From Octopus bimaculoides (lineage: Eukaryota), in assembly GCF_001194135.2 (NCBI RefSeq), contig NC_068985.1, positions 104,927,319-104,991,318 on the forward strand: a DNA stretch of 64,000 bases. Direction: 5' to 3'. This document shows, piece by piece, positions 38,993 to 51,209 of the stretch (its first letter is position 1; each line of letters starts with the position of its first letter). The position numbers and the translations under genes were made by a program. The notes beneath the pieces were generated by a model, which was not told the origin of the DNA, ran no database searches, and worked only from the letters and a program-made list of their open reading frames with translations.

Positions 38993-40790
38993 TTAGCTGA
39001 ATGACGCAGCGTTGCCTGGGTTACTGCTGTTCTTATTCAGATTAGTAGACAATATAAAGATATATTCTCAGTTATTTCAAAATACCTATATTTTATTAAA
39101 ATATCCAAATTATAATGATAGAGTTGGCCATGGGAGAAGCATGTAGTAGAGAAATGAAGTCCAACTACCGAGAGGGGTTGACCCTGAAATTTGTTAACTG
39201 AAATACTAAAACATAGTTCAACTGGAAATTGAAGTGTCTTAAATTCAAATGGAACATCTGTAGGTATGAGAGGAATTTTTGGAATAAAGACATTTTCTCC
39301 TTTGTGACTACCTGTTGTGATTGTTGCCTGTAAAACATGGGGCTTCATGGAAGTAACAATCGAGTTCCATTACACAGGTGAGATGGGCCAAGATTCTTAA
39401 GCAACATAGTGAGAGCACCCAGTTTTAGTGTCAAGTTATGCAGTGGCATCCCAGTGGGTTTAAGTGTGTTCAGAAATTCAACAGGGTATTGAACAACCAG
39501 ATCTTGATCGACTGTTGTCAATTGATCAAAAAGTCATTTCTGATGCATCAACTTTTGAAGCTCATGATGGAGTTTATCAACTATTTCATTAGTTGGAGCT
39601 AGTATAGCCATTTCACATAGCTAGTTTACATCAGTGTAATTGACATAAATTAGGGAATACTTTATCCATAAGATCCCTAAGAGAAAGTATCATTTGACTG
39701 CATGTAATTTCATGTAGCTGACGTCTTGAGCTGAATGATATCCCATTACCAACCTTAAGAAGCTCATAGTACTCTGATGTTGCTTGTAAGATGAAGATTT
39801 TTCATGTCTCCAAAGGTACAATTTTTTGAAGTATGCATTGACCTCATCAGCTTTTGAGCCTTTGGGGATAACTGAGGCAACATTTGATGAAAATCTCCTG
39901 CAAGAAGAACCGTTACTCCTCCCATGAGCATGCTGTTTTTTTATGTCTTGGAGGGTACAGTCAAGTATCTCTGGAGCTCCACGATGTGACAGTGCACTTC
40001 TCCCAAACTGAGGCAAGTTTGTTGAGAAATGTTGCCATTGCAGAGTTTTGGAAAATGTTGCAAATTTGAGATTCTTTCATTGCAAGAATTAGAGAGAGCT
40101 TGAACATGGAATGAGCAGTTCTTCACCCATTAAGAAGAGTAGCTGCAATACCAGAAGATGCAACACTGGAAGGAGGTTAGATTTTATTTCCTTCTATTTA
40201 GGATTGCAAGTGAAAGTGACAAAACAATCTGGTTTTCCAGGTCTTGACATGTTATAGCATCTTGTGTTCATTTCGTGAATACATCAAGGACCACCTTTGA
40301 ATGATAGGATTATAAGTTGCCCTATGTTCTGAATATTACCATCTGTCCTGAGGCTATCTTGGCCATGAACATAGTTTTTAGCCCTTAACTTCTTTTGATT
40401 GTTATGAATGTAGAGGAGACGCTGACTCAACTTTAGCATACATATCAACCAGGTATAGCTGAAATAGATCAGGATACATGTGTTATTGATTTGATTGCAC
40501 TGGTCTTAGCATCAGTTGGTAAGACTAGAAGTCATTTGACGATACCTTTTTTGTTTGTAATTGGCTCTCCTGTTGCAAATTCAATATGTGGGATATTGAA
40601 ATGATACCCATCTTGACCATTCCACAGAATAGAAGGAAACTGGAGAGCATCATAAGAGGGAGGAGTCTCTGGAATACGTTTAGGTTGTTATCACAAGCAC
40701 GAATGAGAATATGATTTTCATGGGGATCACCTACCATAAGAATGCCTACTTCATTCGATGTGGTCTCATTAAAACAGTGTAAAATGTCCT
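38993..40790 (-). mobile_element. Internally deleted, decayed Helitron (RepHel remnants)
   Basis: Rep-side motifs NEVGILMVGD, YDALQFP..WNGQDG, LFQLYLVDMYAKVE and PDxFVTFTCNP. Pif1-helicase motifs VASSGIAATLL.GxRTAHS, VIPKGSKADEV, GENVFIPKIPL, QFPV..F..NK.QGQ and CFSHGQLY. 3' end cccaggcaacgctgcg...ctaa|t (decayed hairpin plus CTAG). Confidence 0.88.
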
Positions 40791-41124
40791 TTACTGTAGT
40801 TTACTATAGAAGTAACCAACATGGAAAAACAGACACTCCTAGAATTGATAATATTGGAAACAGCAAAATGTACACATACAAAGTTCAAGCAAAACAAAAT
40901 GTAGTCAATATAGGTGCAAAACATACTTTCTGTAGCATAGTTATGTATCCAACACACACTGTAAAGTGTGAAGAGCCTCTAAATTTGAGGATATGGCAAA
41001 AGGGGTATGTCAAAGGTTTATCAAAATCTACAGGTATCCTTAACATTTAAAATTAAAGCTATTTAAGAAATGGACAATTGATTTTAAGAATTATTTTAAA
41101 AACAAATAGACAGAAGATACTTAC

Positions 41125-41175
41125 CCGAGACTTCTGTAGCAGTTCCATTACTTCCACTGCAGTAAGTGTTGTACC
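41125..41175 (-). CDS. START-domain gene exon (GTTLTAVEVMELLQKSR)
   Basis: atttttaattttag / gtaagt, 51 nt, phase 0-0. Confidence 0.8.
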
Positions 41176-41417
41176 CTAAAATTAAAAATAGCAGAAGAAA
41201 AAAAATTAAAACAAGTCTGAACTTTTTTTTTTTTTTTCCCCCCCAATACAGCATTTTGAGTCAACAAAAATTAAAAATATTAAATTGCAACACTTCAATA
41301 GAATCAAGCTAAGCAGATACTTGATGTAACTACAGAACACTAAGACAGTGAAGTAACATTTTACTGGATAACATTCTTTTTCCACTGCCTGAAATCGAAA
41401 TCTTGGGGTTAAGAGCA

Positions 41418-41586
41418 CGGGCTACTTCCAGGCAGTAACCTGAATAATAATATCAAAAAATACCTTAGGAATGGGACCCCAGGTTCAAAATTTTTCCAAG
41501 ACACCTGATGAAGGCTGGAGGGTATATCAGCCGAAACGTGTTAACAACAAACAAGATGAGGACAAATATCCGTCAAATGTAAATAA
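41418..41586 (+). mobile_element. Penelope-like element pseudo-LTR fragment
   Basis: Contains the PLE-typical cCTGATGA...ccGAAAC hammerhead-like motif and a non-coding flank ending caaatgtaaataa. Confidence 0.6.
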
Positions 41587-42472
41587 GTTTTGTACCATCA
41601 TAAAAAAAATTAGACAAATAATCCGTGATTATATTAGTCTAATAATTAAGATGAAGATCAATTTCTTATACTGTGTACACATGACTATTATTCATGAAAA
41701 ACCAACTCAAGTTTTGCTCTTGAATTATAAAGAATTGAGGCATTTTACCAATATTAAGTGAGCAATCATCATCATCTGTACCATTAGAAAATAAAATATC
41801 CAAGTTTGTTTTCAGAAATCCTTTTCTGCAATAACTATAATAAACATTCCACTTCAACATTCTATTTGCAGTTTAATGCTACAATTTGAGTATTCTTTTC
41901 GTCAAAATTGCTAGAAATGACAATCATCCCATTGCAACATTCTTTCCAAATTACTAAAGAGATACATTTGAATTTCTTTCACTTAGAAAGATTGAAACAT
42001 ACAGATTATCATTTTCTACCTTCCTGTATGGGCCTGTTTTTGTTATTACATCATTTAACGTCCATGCTGGCATGGGTTGGACAGTTTGACCAGGGCTGCT
42101 CATATGGCATGGTTTCTATAGCTGGATGCCCTTCCTAATACTAACCACTCCAAGAGTGTAATGGCATGCCACCAGCATGGGTGCCAAGAGTGCACACCTA
42201 TTACAGAGTATGCTTTGGGATTAAATTACTGAACTTAAGTTTCACCAAGGTGAAATCGCAGTATATTTCACAGTTCAATTTCTCCTTAATTTGCCAAATT
42301 ATGGTATTCAATCAGGAGTTAGATTATCAAAATAAGTATGTCTTCAAGATGGACCAATTTAGAAGTCAGAAATGGATTCATGACAAAATTTTAGATATGT
42401 AAACATGTGCCTATGCCCTTGCATGTCCACTTTTCTAAAGAAGGCCAAAATTGTTTACACAACTCCATGAAA

Positions 42473-42526
42473 AGGGGTGAAATTAATTTTGAGGGTTTAA
42501 GGTTCCTCAAAATTAATTTCACCCCT
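42473..42526. repeat. Perfect 22-bp inverted repeat with 10-nt loop
   Basis: aggggtgaaattaattttgagg-gtttaaggtt-cctcaaaattaatttcacccct. Confidence 0.95.
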
Positions 42527-44449
42527 GCTGCTCAAAATAATAGTACTAAGTTTCCACAAAGTGTTGTGCTATATTCATGTAAATATGTAATAAAGATGCT
42601 CCCCAACCCCAATTTATTCATAAAGAATGTGTACATTGAGTTCTTTAAAAAAAAATTTTTTTAATAAAAAGAAAAAAACACTGGTTAAAAAAAAACTTTA
42701 AATATCTAAATCTTTTTATAAACTACATTTATAAAAAGATATAAAATTTATGTATATCAAAGAAAATTATCATATGCAATGAATTCCAAAATTAGTGCTG
42801 TCAGTGCCACCTACACCTTACAGTTTGTTTACACAACCAGAAACAAAACTAGTAGTTTTGAATTTCAAATACTCGTAGTACTCTACAGTAGAGAGTATGT
42901 CTCTAGTATAATGTAACAAGCTAGCGTTTTCAAAAAGAAAACATTTGTAAATAACTGTATATCTGGGTCACATCAACAGAAAATGGTTTACACATTAAAT
43001 ATCACACATAAATTACATAGTAATGTACATTAATTTCAAATACTTCAAGGGTGTGGCTTCAGTAAACATGTGGATACTATGTACAGCAATTACATCACAA
43101 CTTGGTAAACATACTCAAGTGAAATTATCTACATTTTCATTATGAAGTATTAAGAGAAAATGCCCTGTCTAGAAACAAACAAAAACAATCTCAATGTGTA
43201 GGCAGTATAAAAAAACTATTAGTAAACTAATGACAACAATACAGAGTACTGACAACGTAAGAACTTACACAAAAAATGAAAATTCATCACAAAAGCAGCC
43301 TCACCAATGACAGGATAAATTAACACGAATATCTGGCTAGGTTGGCAACAAAAATCCAATTTTCTTTGTTAAAAAAAACAGTTATATGATAAATACATTT
43401 TTTAAGTGGGATGTATGGCACCACAATAAAAAACTTATGACTGATACAAAGAAAGAGCTAATATTTTAATAGACACTTTCGATGCATCAGCATTTATGAG
43501 AAGTCTGATGTGAAAATAATTCTATAAAAATCCTCTTCAATTCAATCAAAGATAAATATAGACAGTACATTTCCTACCAAGAGAATGAAATAGATAATTT
43601 CTTTCAGAAATTTAGAAATATTTATTATCAATGATGTTAACACTAAGATTAAATCTATACAAGTGAAACCCTTGGTAGGACAAGGTTATATAATATAAAA
43701 CTGGATTAACAAACATATTTAGAAACTATTTCATAAACAGGTCTCGTTATCAGTTTACACTAAGGTTGAGAGATTTTGGACTTTTGTCTATATCTTGTCT
43801 GTAAACTGATGCTATATTGCCACAATATCAACTACAGGGAGTTATCAAATTATATAATCAATGCTGGTAGCATCTGTTAGAAATGACCAAAATAAAGCTG
43901 ACATACTGAGTGTTTAATTACTGTACTTTTTACAGTCGATACAAAATAAAAGTTGTTTATAATTTGAAAACTGATCAAACTCCAGATCTGAAACGTAAGA
44001 ATATATATGCACAGATGTGGCTGTGTGGTAGGAAGCTTGCTTCCCAACCACATGATTCTGGGTTCAATCTTATTCTATCAGTTTATTTGGCTGAACTGCT
44101 AAGTGTTACAGGGACAATAAACACACCACCACTGGTTGTCAAGTGGTGGAGGAGATTGTTTTTTTTTATTCTCCGTCTAAAATCTGGAAAATGAAACAAT
44201 AGTAAATATTCCACCAAATAGTAGAAATATTTGACTACAAAACCTATTTCAAGATTTTTTAAAAGCAAACATGCTTAAAACAAGGAAATGTCAACTCTTG
44301 AAATATGTAATCATAAGCATGACTGCAGGTCAAGGTCTGAGGAAAGCATGGATAGCAAAAATGTTCCAGAGAGAGTTTTTGAGTTCTGGTAAGTGAAATA
44401 TCTGCTTTGTGAAACAGTAAGAATGATAAAAAGAGTGGTGCATACACTA

Positions 44450-45110
44450 GGTGTGTTTGAGCAACAACAGTACACAGCTTGTTAGTTCAGAAATAGAAAC
44501 TATTATAGGGTATAGTAGAAAAGACAAAGGGATACAGCATATTGGTGAATAAAGGTTTGAGGCTTATTTTCTTTTTAGAGTTGTAAGTCATTGTTTCATT
44601 GTAGTTATGCGATCACTAGCTTAATGTAGGCTCACAAAGTGAAGTATCTTCTAGCCTCAAAGAAGAAAGCTAATATTTTGATTGCAGTCTTGGATATAGA
44701 ATATGTAATCAACAGGAAAGATTCAAGGTTTGTTTTTGTAAAGAATATGAAAGTTTTGAAGGATGTCTTGTTTGTGATTAGGGAGTACAAGTATTATAGG
44801 AGTGTGTTCTTGATAGGTGTAGTGACTTTTGAGGATGTTGAGTAACACAAGGTTGATATCTCCCTATTAAAGAGCTCTTTATTTTATGGAGCTAATAATG
44901 TCTAGGCTACATGTAAATGAGATGCATGAGGAAGTTCAAGGAGTGATTAGCAGTATCATTTGCATAAAAGTGTGCATAATTATAGGTAAGAGCAAGCAGG
45001 ACACTGATGTACAGAAAGGGAATAAAGCAGACCAGAAATGATAGAATTAAATTAGGGAGAGCCCCATCAGTGCATGCTGCAAGAGAAAGTTGGATCTCAT
45101 TAACATCCAA
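44450..45110 (-). mobile_element. Decayed CR1/L2-type LINE RT and 3' fragment
   Basis: Minus-strand GALPNLIL...PFLYI and FYANDT (cf. PQG..LGP.LF.LYI, YADDT). Confidence 0.6.
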
Positions 45111-45220
45111 CTCACGAGGTTTTTGTACTAGATATACTTGAAAATTTTGCTGGTTTTAAGGGTATCAACATTGTTTTCAAAGGTTCTCTCAGAGATCAAA
45201 AGCTCAATTTTCACACTACC

Positions 45221-45444
45221 TTAACCCTTTAGCATTTAAGTCAGCAATATCCAGCATAAATATTTTACCTATTTTATGTTCAAACAAGCCAGATCCTGTC
45301 TCTCACACCTACTCTGTCATTCGAGAAAATATGTAATCACATGATGAAAGTCATAAAGCCACAAGATAATGTATGATTAATTTAAAACAAAGTGAATGAA
45401 TAAGCATTACATTTGACAGAGTAATATGAAAGCTAAAAGGTTAA
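45221..45444. mobile_element. piggyBac-like MITE, family B
   Basis: ttaaccctttagcatt...agctaaaaggttaa. Confidence 0.7.
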
Positions 45445-45676
45445 AACAATATTAGCGTCTTGGTGAAAAAAAAGAAAAAAAAGTTATAAACAGTGTTTAG
45501 GTGAGGTTAAAGACTTCTCTATGTGTTGTGCCTGTAAGGGTTAAACATTCTTTCTGAATGCATTGCTAAATTATCTGAAGTCTGAACTAGACAGTTCTCT
45601 TTAATAACCATTTTGTAAATTCTCAGACAACAAATATATTTAAAAAATATACTTAATGATTTCATTGTGGAAGCTA

Positions 45677-45829
45677 CATGGTGGTCCAAAAGTCTTGTCA
45701 CCCACTACCGAAAAGTAAGAACAATAGAGGAATCTGAAATGTAAATATTGTTTCCATTTCCTATTTCAGATTCCTCTATTGTTCTTATTACTTTTCGGTT
45801 GTGGGTGACAAGACTTTGAGACCACCCTA
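45677..45829. mobile_element. Tc1/mariner-type fold-back MITE with TA flanks
   Basis: Arms of about 60 bp: gtggtccaaaagtcttgtcacccactaccgaaaagtaagaacaatagaggaatctgaaat vs atttcagattcctctattgttcttattacttttcggttgtgggtgacaagactttgagaccac. 22-nt spacer. TA at 45675-45676 and 45830-45831. Confidence 0.8.
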
Positions 45830-48800
45830 TACATTGACATTGATGAATCAACACTTTCACATTTAAACTGGCCACATCTGGCCCAAATATCCTACTTATT
45901 TTGTGTTCAACCAGCCAGATCCAACCTCTCACACTTATCCTACAATGTCATTCAAGAAATAAACAACAACATCACCAAAATCTCAAAGCTACAAGATAAT
46001 GTACAATTAAGTCAATGTGAATAATTAAGCACTGCATTCGACAGAATAATCTGAATGCTAAAGGGTTAAATCAGATATAAGACTTTTGGCTAAAACAATC
46101 TTCACAGGATTATAGGATGACTGCCAATATCAAGCGAATATGAGTTTGCTGCTAATTCTAATTACCAGCTTTCTTGTGACTGTTATATTACTTCAAATCA
46201 AGTCAATATATATAATATTTGCAAAAACAGGAATGGTTGTGTAATGAAGTTTGATTTCCAACCACAAGGTTTCCAGTTCAGTCCCACAATGTGGCACCTC
46301 AGGCAACTGTCTTCTATTATAGCCCCAGGTCAATCTAAGTCTTTGAGTGGACTTGGTAGATGTAAACTGAAAGAATCCACTTTTGTATATGTACAGGATG
46401 TCCATAAAATATATTTACCATTTGAAAAATTCAGAAAAACATGAAAAATAAGGATAACTCAGCTTTTAATTTGTTTGCCTAACATGCAAAGAAATTGATT
46501 GATGGATCTCAAATTTGATACAGTAAATTGTCAAAATTATAAAGAATTTTGTGCATGTGTGTGTCCATCACGTGATAGTTGTAATTGTTTCTAATCTTCC
46601 ATGAAAGCATGCCTGGTCATAGAAAAATATTACCTTATTTGGAAAGGTGTGAGAATTAGCAACAGGAAGAAAACTATAATTTTTACCTTTCGAATGATAA
46701 AAGATTGCAGTACAAATATTCACCAAATAAAACAATAGCAGCAACAGGGAAAGGTGGGGGTGGTCATTGTTTGTAGATATGAACCACTCCAACTGAGAGT
46801 GGCCCTTCATTATGATGATTAAACTAACAATTTTCAAAAGAATTACAGGGATATTTGACTGGTGGGAACAGTCTGATCAGCTGCTACTGATTATCCACAA
46901 AGCTAAAGTACGACGAACAATGTAATACTGACCCTACAGCTAAAATCGGGCTGCTGTTAAATACACAAGTTTCCAGAAAGCATAACAATAAAGGACATCC
47001 AATCTGATCAGCAAAGACTCACTCACACAGCAATCTCTGGTCTACAGATGCTGTTTTCTCCATCTAACTAGTCTATCACTGCTACAACATGCCCTCCACC
47101 AACTAATCCCTCCTTCTTTTGTCACTCGTACCATGTCATATCTCAAAGCCTACACTAGACCCAAGTTCCAGATGTATGGCAAAATTGACCTCAGTGAGAT
47201 TTGAGCTCAGATTGTAAAGAGCTGAAACCACAAGGTATTTTGCTTGATGCCCCAAGTTCAACCAATAATAATGATTTACCACAGGGGATGAAAGACGAGT
47301 CTCTTTTCAATGCTTTGTAAAAGGTTTGACTCCGTAAATGGTTGGATTAGGAGTGAAAATTTAAAAGATGTCAAAACAAAATATCAATATTCTAAAAGGA
47401 ATGAGATTTTTCCTTTAACTCAATACCAATTTGCCTGTGATTTCCTTTAATAAAGTAATCTTATTTAAATCACAATCTCATTAGAACATGAAATTTCAGT
47501 TCGTTAATAACGGTATATTAATTTATAAAATTACAGCTATTTTACTAAACCCCTCAAGATTTTTATTATATTGAAAATGAAACACATTGGAAATATCTGC
47601 CATTAAAGGATTAAAGACACCTATTTAAAGAAGATGAAATAAGATAGCTTAGACGATTCAAATAAAAGTTAATGAGTGACTGGCACATGCGGCAATAATA
47701 AAAAGTGATGTATGAAAAATCAGAGAATTACAGAAAATATGCTAGAATAAGAATAGATCAAAGTCACTATTTTTAACATCCGCTTTGCTATGGGCCAGAT
47801 GGAGTTTACTGAGACAGGTTTTCTCTGACCAGATGCCCTTCCTGTTGTGAACCTTCAGTTTCCAAGCAAGGTAGTATTTCTCATAGCCAGTCATGTTTTT
47901 TCCACAGAAGACTGGAAAACAATAATACTTATGACTGATGCTTGTTTCACAATCACATGATGTCAGGAGAAGGGTATACACACATGCACAGACATGTATA
48001 CACAACAGGCTTATTTCAGTTTCCATTTACCAAAATCCACTCACAAGGGTTTGGTCAACCCAAGACTGATAGAAAACACTTGCCCAAAGTGCTGCACAGC
48101 GAGACTCAACCAATAACACATGATTAGGAAGCAACCTTGTCAACCACACAGGAAGTTTGTATCATAAAAACCCAGATTTTCATACTAATTCATGTTCCAC
48201 ACCACTTAAATAATGACAAAGTTATTTTACCAAATTTTTCATTATTTTCAAAATTAATTGAAATAAAAGCTGTATTTTCCACAGAAATGTAATGAGAATC
48301 ATCAAGAAAATGGCTTAACTGTTCGATACCAACCTGCTCAAGTTTCACCCACTGGCTCCAGTATAATTTTTTATGGAAGAATATTTTATGACAAGATTAA
48401 ATACCAGCTTGAATCCTTACAAATTGTTTTCAAAAACTGATTGAAACAGTTCATTAGATACAGGGGAAGTGAAAAGATTTAGTACCAGTTGTGTACTTGG
48501 ACATTTTATTTACTATACATGTACTTTATTATTTGTATGTTTGGACTCAAGAAATCATCAGCAATATTTTGTAATTATTTTGTTCCTATTTCAGTAAACT
48601 ATGATTTGGAGGTTCATATAGAGTTTGGTGCAGCAGAGAAGCAGCCTCTAACTGTAAGAGCTTATTCTAATTATACACATTTAATGCCCAAATCCATACC
48701 ACAGATGTTAAATAATTAACCTTTAAATGGATAATATGCACATTTAGTGAAGTTCTCAGTAACTTGTGAAAAATTTCTAAATGCATGAAATCATTTCTAT

Positions 48801-49203
48801 TTTGAGTACAAGACTACTTATGCTAGAGGAATAAGACTTTATTAAATTTATCTCATTAGCATACTGGTATTTATTTCACTGACAAAAGAGATGTTGAAAC
48901 TTGAACAAAGTTGAATAATGGCAGATTGGAATTTAGAACACTCAGATACCATACTAGAGGGGCTAGCTCTGGTCTTTCAATACAAATATATTAATCATTC
49001 AAGCCTTTAAGTCAATTTGATTAAGCCATTGTAACACCTTTAAAGAAACTAAAAATTTCTCTTACTAAAAAAAAATTTCACTGGAAATAGTCAGTACTTT
49101 ACTGTGTTTACAATACAGAAAACATCTTGACAGTAGACTTATTTCTCTTTTCAATTTTAAATTGCATATATCTAACCAATTTAGATGAAAAATCTTAGAA
49201 CTA

Positions 49204-49749
49204 CAAGGTCTGATCAAAGTGTATTTGAACTGGCACTAAGAAAGAAAACTACAATACATATCAATTCAGTATTCAATTTCCTTTGAAGTAGTCCCCTTCT
49301 GAAGCCACACACTTAGACAATATTGTTTCCATTGATGAAAGCATTCCTGGAACTCCTTTTTGTGGACAGCGGGCAGCTGCCTCGTCACATTCTCTCGAAT
49401 TTCAACATCTTGAAATCTTGTTCCTTTCAAGTGGAATTTGATTTTTGCCTGGTTTCAGGGCCATAGCCATATACCCATTTCCTGTTGTGACCATTTTCAA
49501 AAAGTTTTTATTTTCCTCGACATAATCAAAGAGATCCTGCCCAGCTGTAACCCAGTCTTTTTGATACTACTGCACTCTACACACTTTATTTCTAAGCACT
49601 TCTATAAACAATGGGAGTGAGTGAGAATGTTATAACTTAGTGTGAATGAGTAACAGAGTTCAAGGTCAATCTGTACCAAGCAGCTTCACTTGGCATACTT
49701 TAGCTCCATTACCATAGCAACAGTCCTGATACTTCTTGATCAGACCTAG
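49204..49749. mobile_element. Internally deleted mariner element
   Basis: TA-flanked TIRs of about 30 bp (ta caaggtctgatcaaagtgtatttgaactg vs ta ctaggtctgatcaagaagtatcaggactg) around decayed transposase-like sequence. Confidence 0.7.
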
Positions 49750-49949
49750 TATGATGAATTAACTAGCTTATTCCAAAGTGGTAAATTTAACTAGAAATAC
49801 ATTCAGTTCAATATCTCAAGATGTAATACTTGGACACATTGTTAGTGTTATATCCTCGGTAATGGGCGTTTTGGGTCTTATAATGGACACCCTCATCCAG
49901 GTGCCCTGAACATAAGCTGATCAAATCTAGGTCTGTGTCCAAGCAGCAT

Positions 49950-50200
49950 TCTCACCCCACTAATCACCACTTTCCAGTTGAAACTTCTGTCTTGAGGCTC
50001 TTCTGTTCATTCATGTAATGCCTAGTGTTTCATAGGCCTCACCGAGGATATGACCTGCAACCCCTCAAATACCAACTTCCACAGGTAAACACCTCATTGT
50101 CCACCCATTCTTGCAGCACTCTCCTGCTAACTCCTGATACTCATATGTTCTTTTATATCCCCCTCTATCCTCTCAATATATTCAATCAAGAAACAAATGG
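49950..50200 (-). mobile_element. Hero/NeSL-like (RLE endonuclease) LINE C-terminal remnant
   Basis: Minus-strand xEDR..YKRTYEYQELAGECCKNGWTMRCLPVEVGIxGVAG...AYETLGIT (cf. recalled KYxELxxxCxxxGWxxxxxPVEVGCRGF). Confidence 0.6.
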
Positions 50201-51170
50201 AGGAGTCAATATTCGTGTTGACTAACTGAAAATACTCGTTTGACAACAGTCTGATTACTGCTCCTAGCTTTGATATGTTGATAAACATGTTTACCTTGGG
50301 ATCCAATGCCAAACTGAATGTCCAATTTCTTCTTTACTAAAGGATTAGTGAATATACTATTAACACTCATGAGATGAGCCGTTTCAAAGCAAGGTAATAT
50401 TTCCCCCATCCTTTGAATATGAACAGTACAATAGCAGGACAGACATTCCATTATGTTGCAAACGAATGACAGTATGGTGGTAATGTTAGTTGAGAACTAT
50501 TGCATGATGTCAACAGGAGACAAATACGTAACCTACTACTAACACACACACACACACACAGAGCTGCTTTCAGTTTCCTAGTTGGCCTGGGCTATGTTTG
50601 CCCAAGTTGCCAAGCAACAGAACTGAACCTGAATTCTTTTCTTCTTACCAAATAAACACACCATATATTAATTCTACATTTGTTTGTTATTTTATGTCCA
50701 CTGTCCGGAAATCTTTTGTCACATAACTGACCTCTTCCAAACAGACATAAAAAGAATAAGAATGACTATATAGTGCGTGTGTTTATTTGGCAAGAAAAAA
50801 AATGACCATCACAAAATATAACAATATCTGTTTCAATAAACGATTTCACATCAAGAATTTTGCAAAACAAATACATAAATGTGTTTGTGTGTGTGTTGCA
50901 AACAAAAGACCAAGATACTTGATGCCTTGCTGTAATCAGGAAGACCTATCCTCCACAGCAGAACTGCTGGTAAAGAGGATTGACTTGCAAGAATCCTGTG
51001 CCAGTGCCACAAAAGCACCCACCACACACTAAAGTGGTTGGCATTAGGAACCAAACCAAATCAGACTGGAAGCTGGTGCAGCTCTCCAGCTTGCTAGTTT
51101 TGGCCAAACCATCCAGCCCATGCCAGTATGGAAAATGGGCATTAAAAGAGGACACACACACACATATATC

Positions 51171-51209
<39 letters not shown>

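Noticed and set aside
43749-43810. 11-bp inverted repeat as snoRNA or miRNA
   Set aside because: No C box, and the arms do not pair beyond 11 bp.
44288-44388. Plus-strand ATG-to-donor frame (MSTLEICNHK...)
   Set aside because: No compatible downstream exon found and no recognisable homology.
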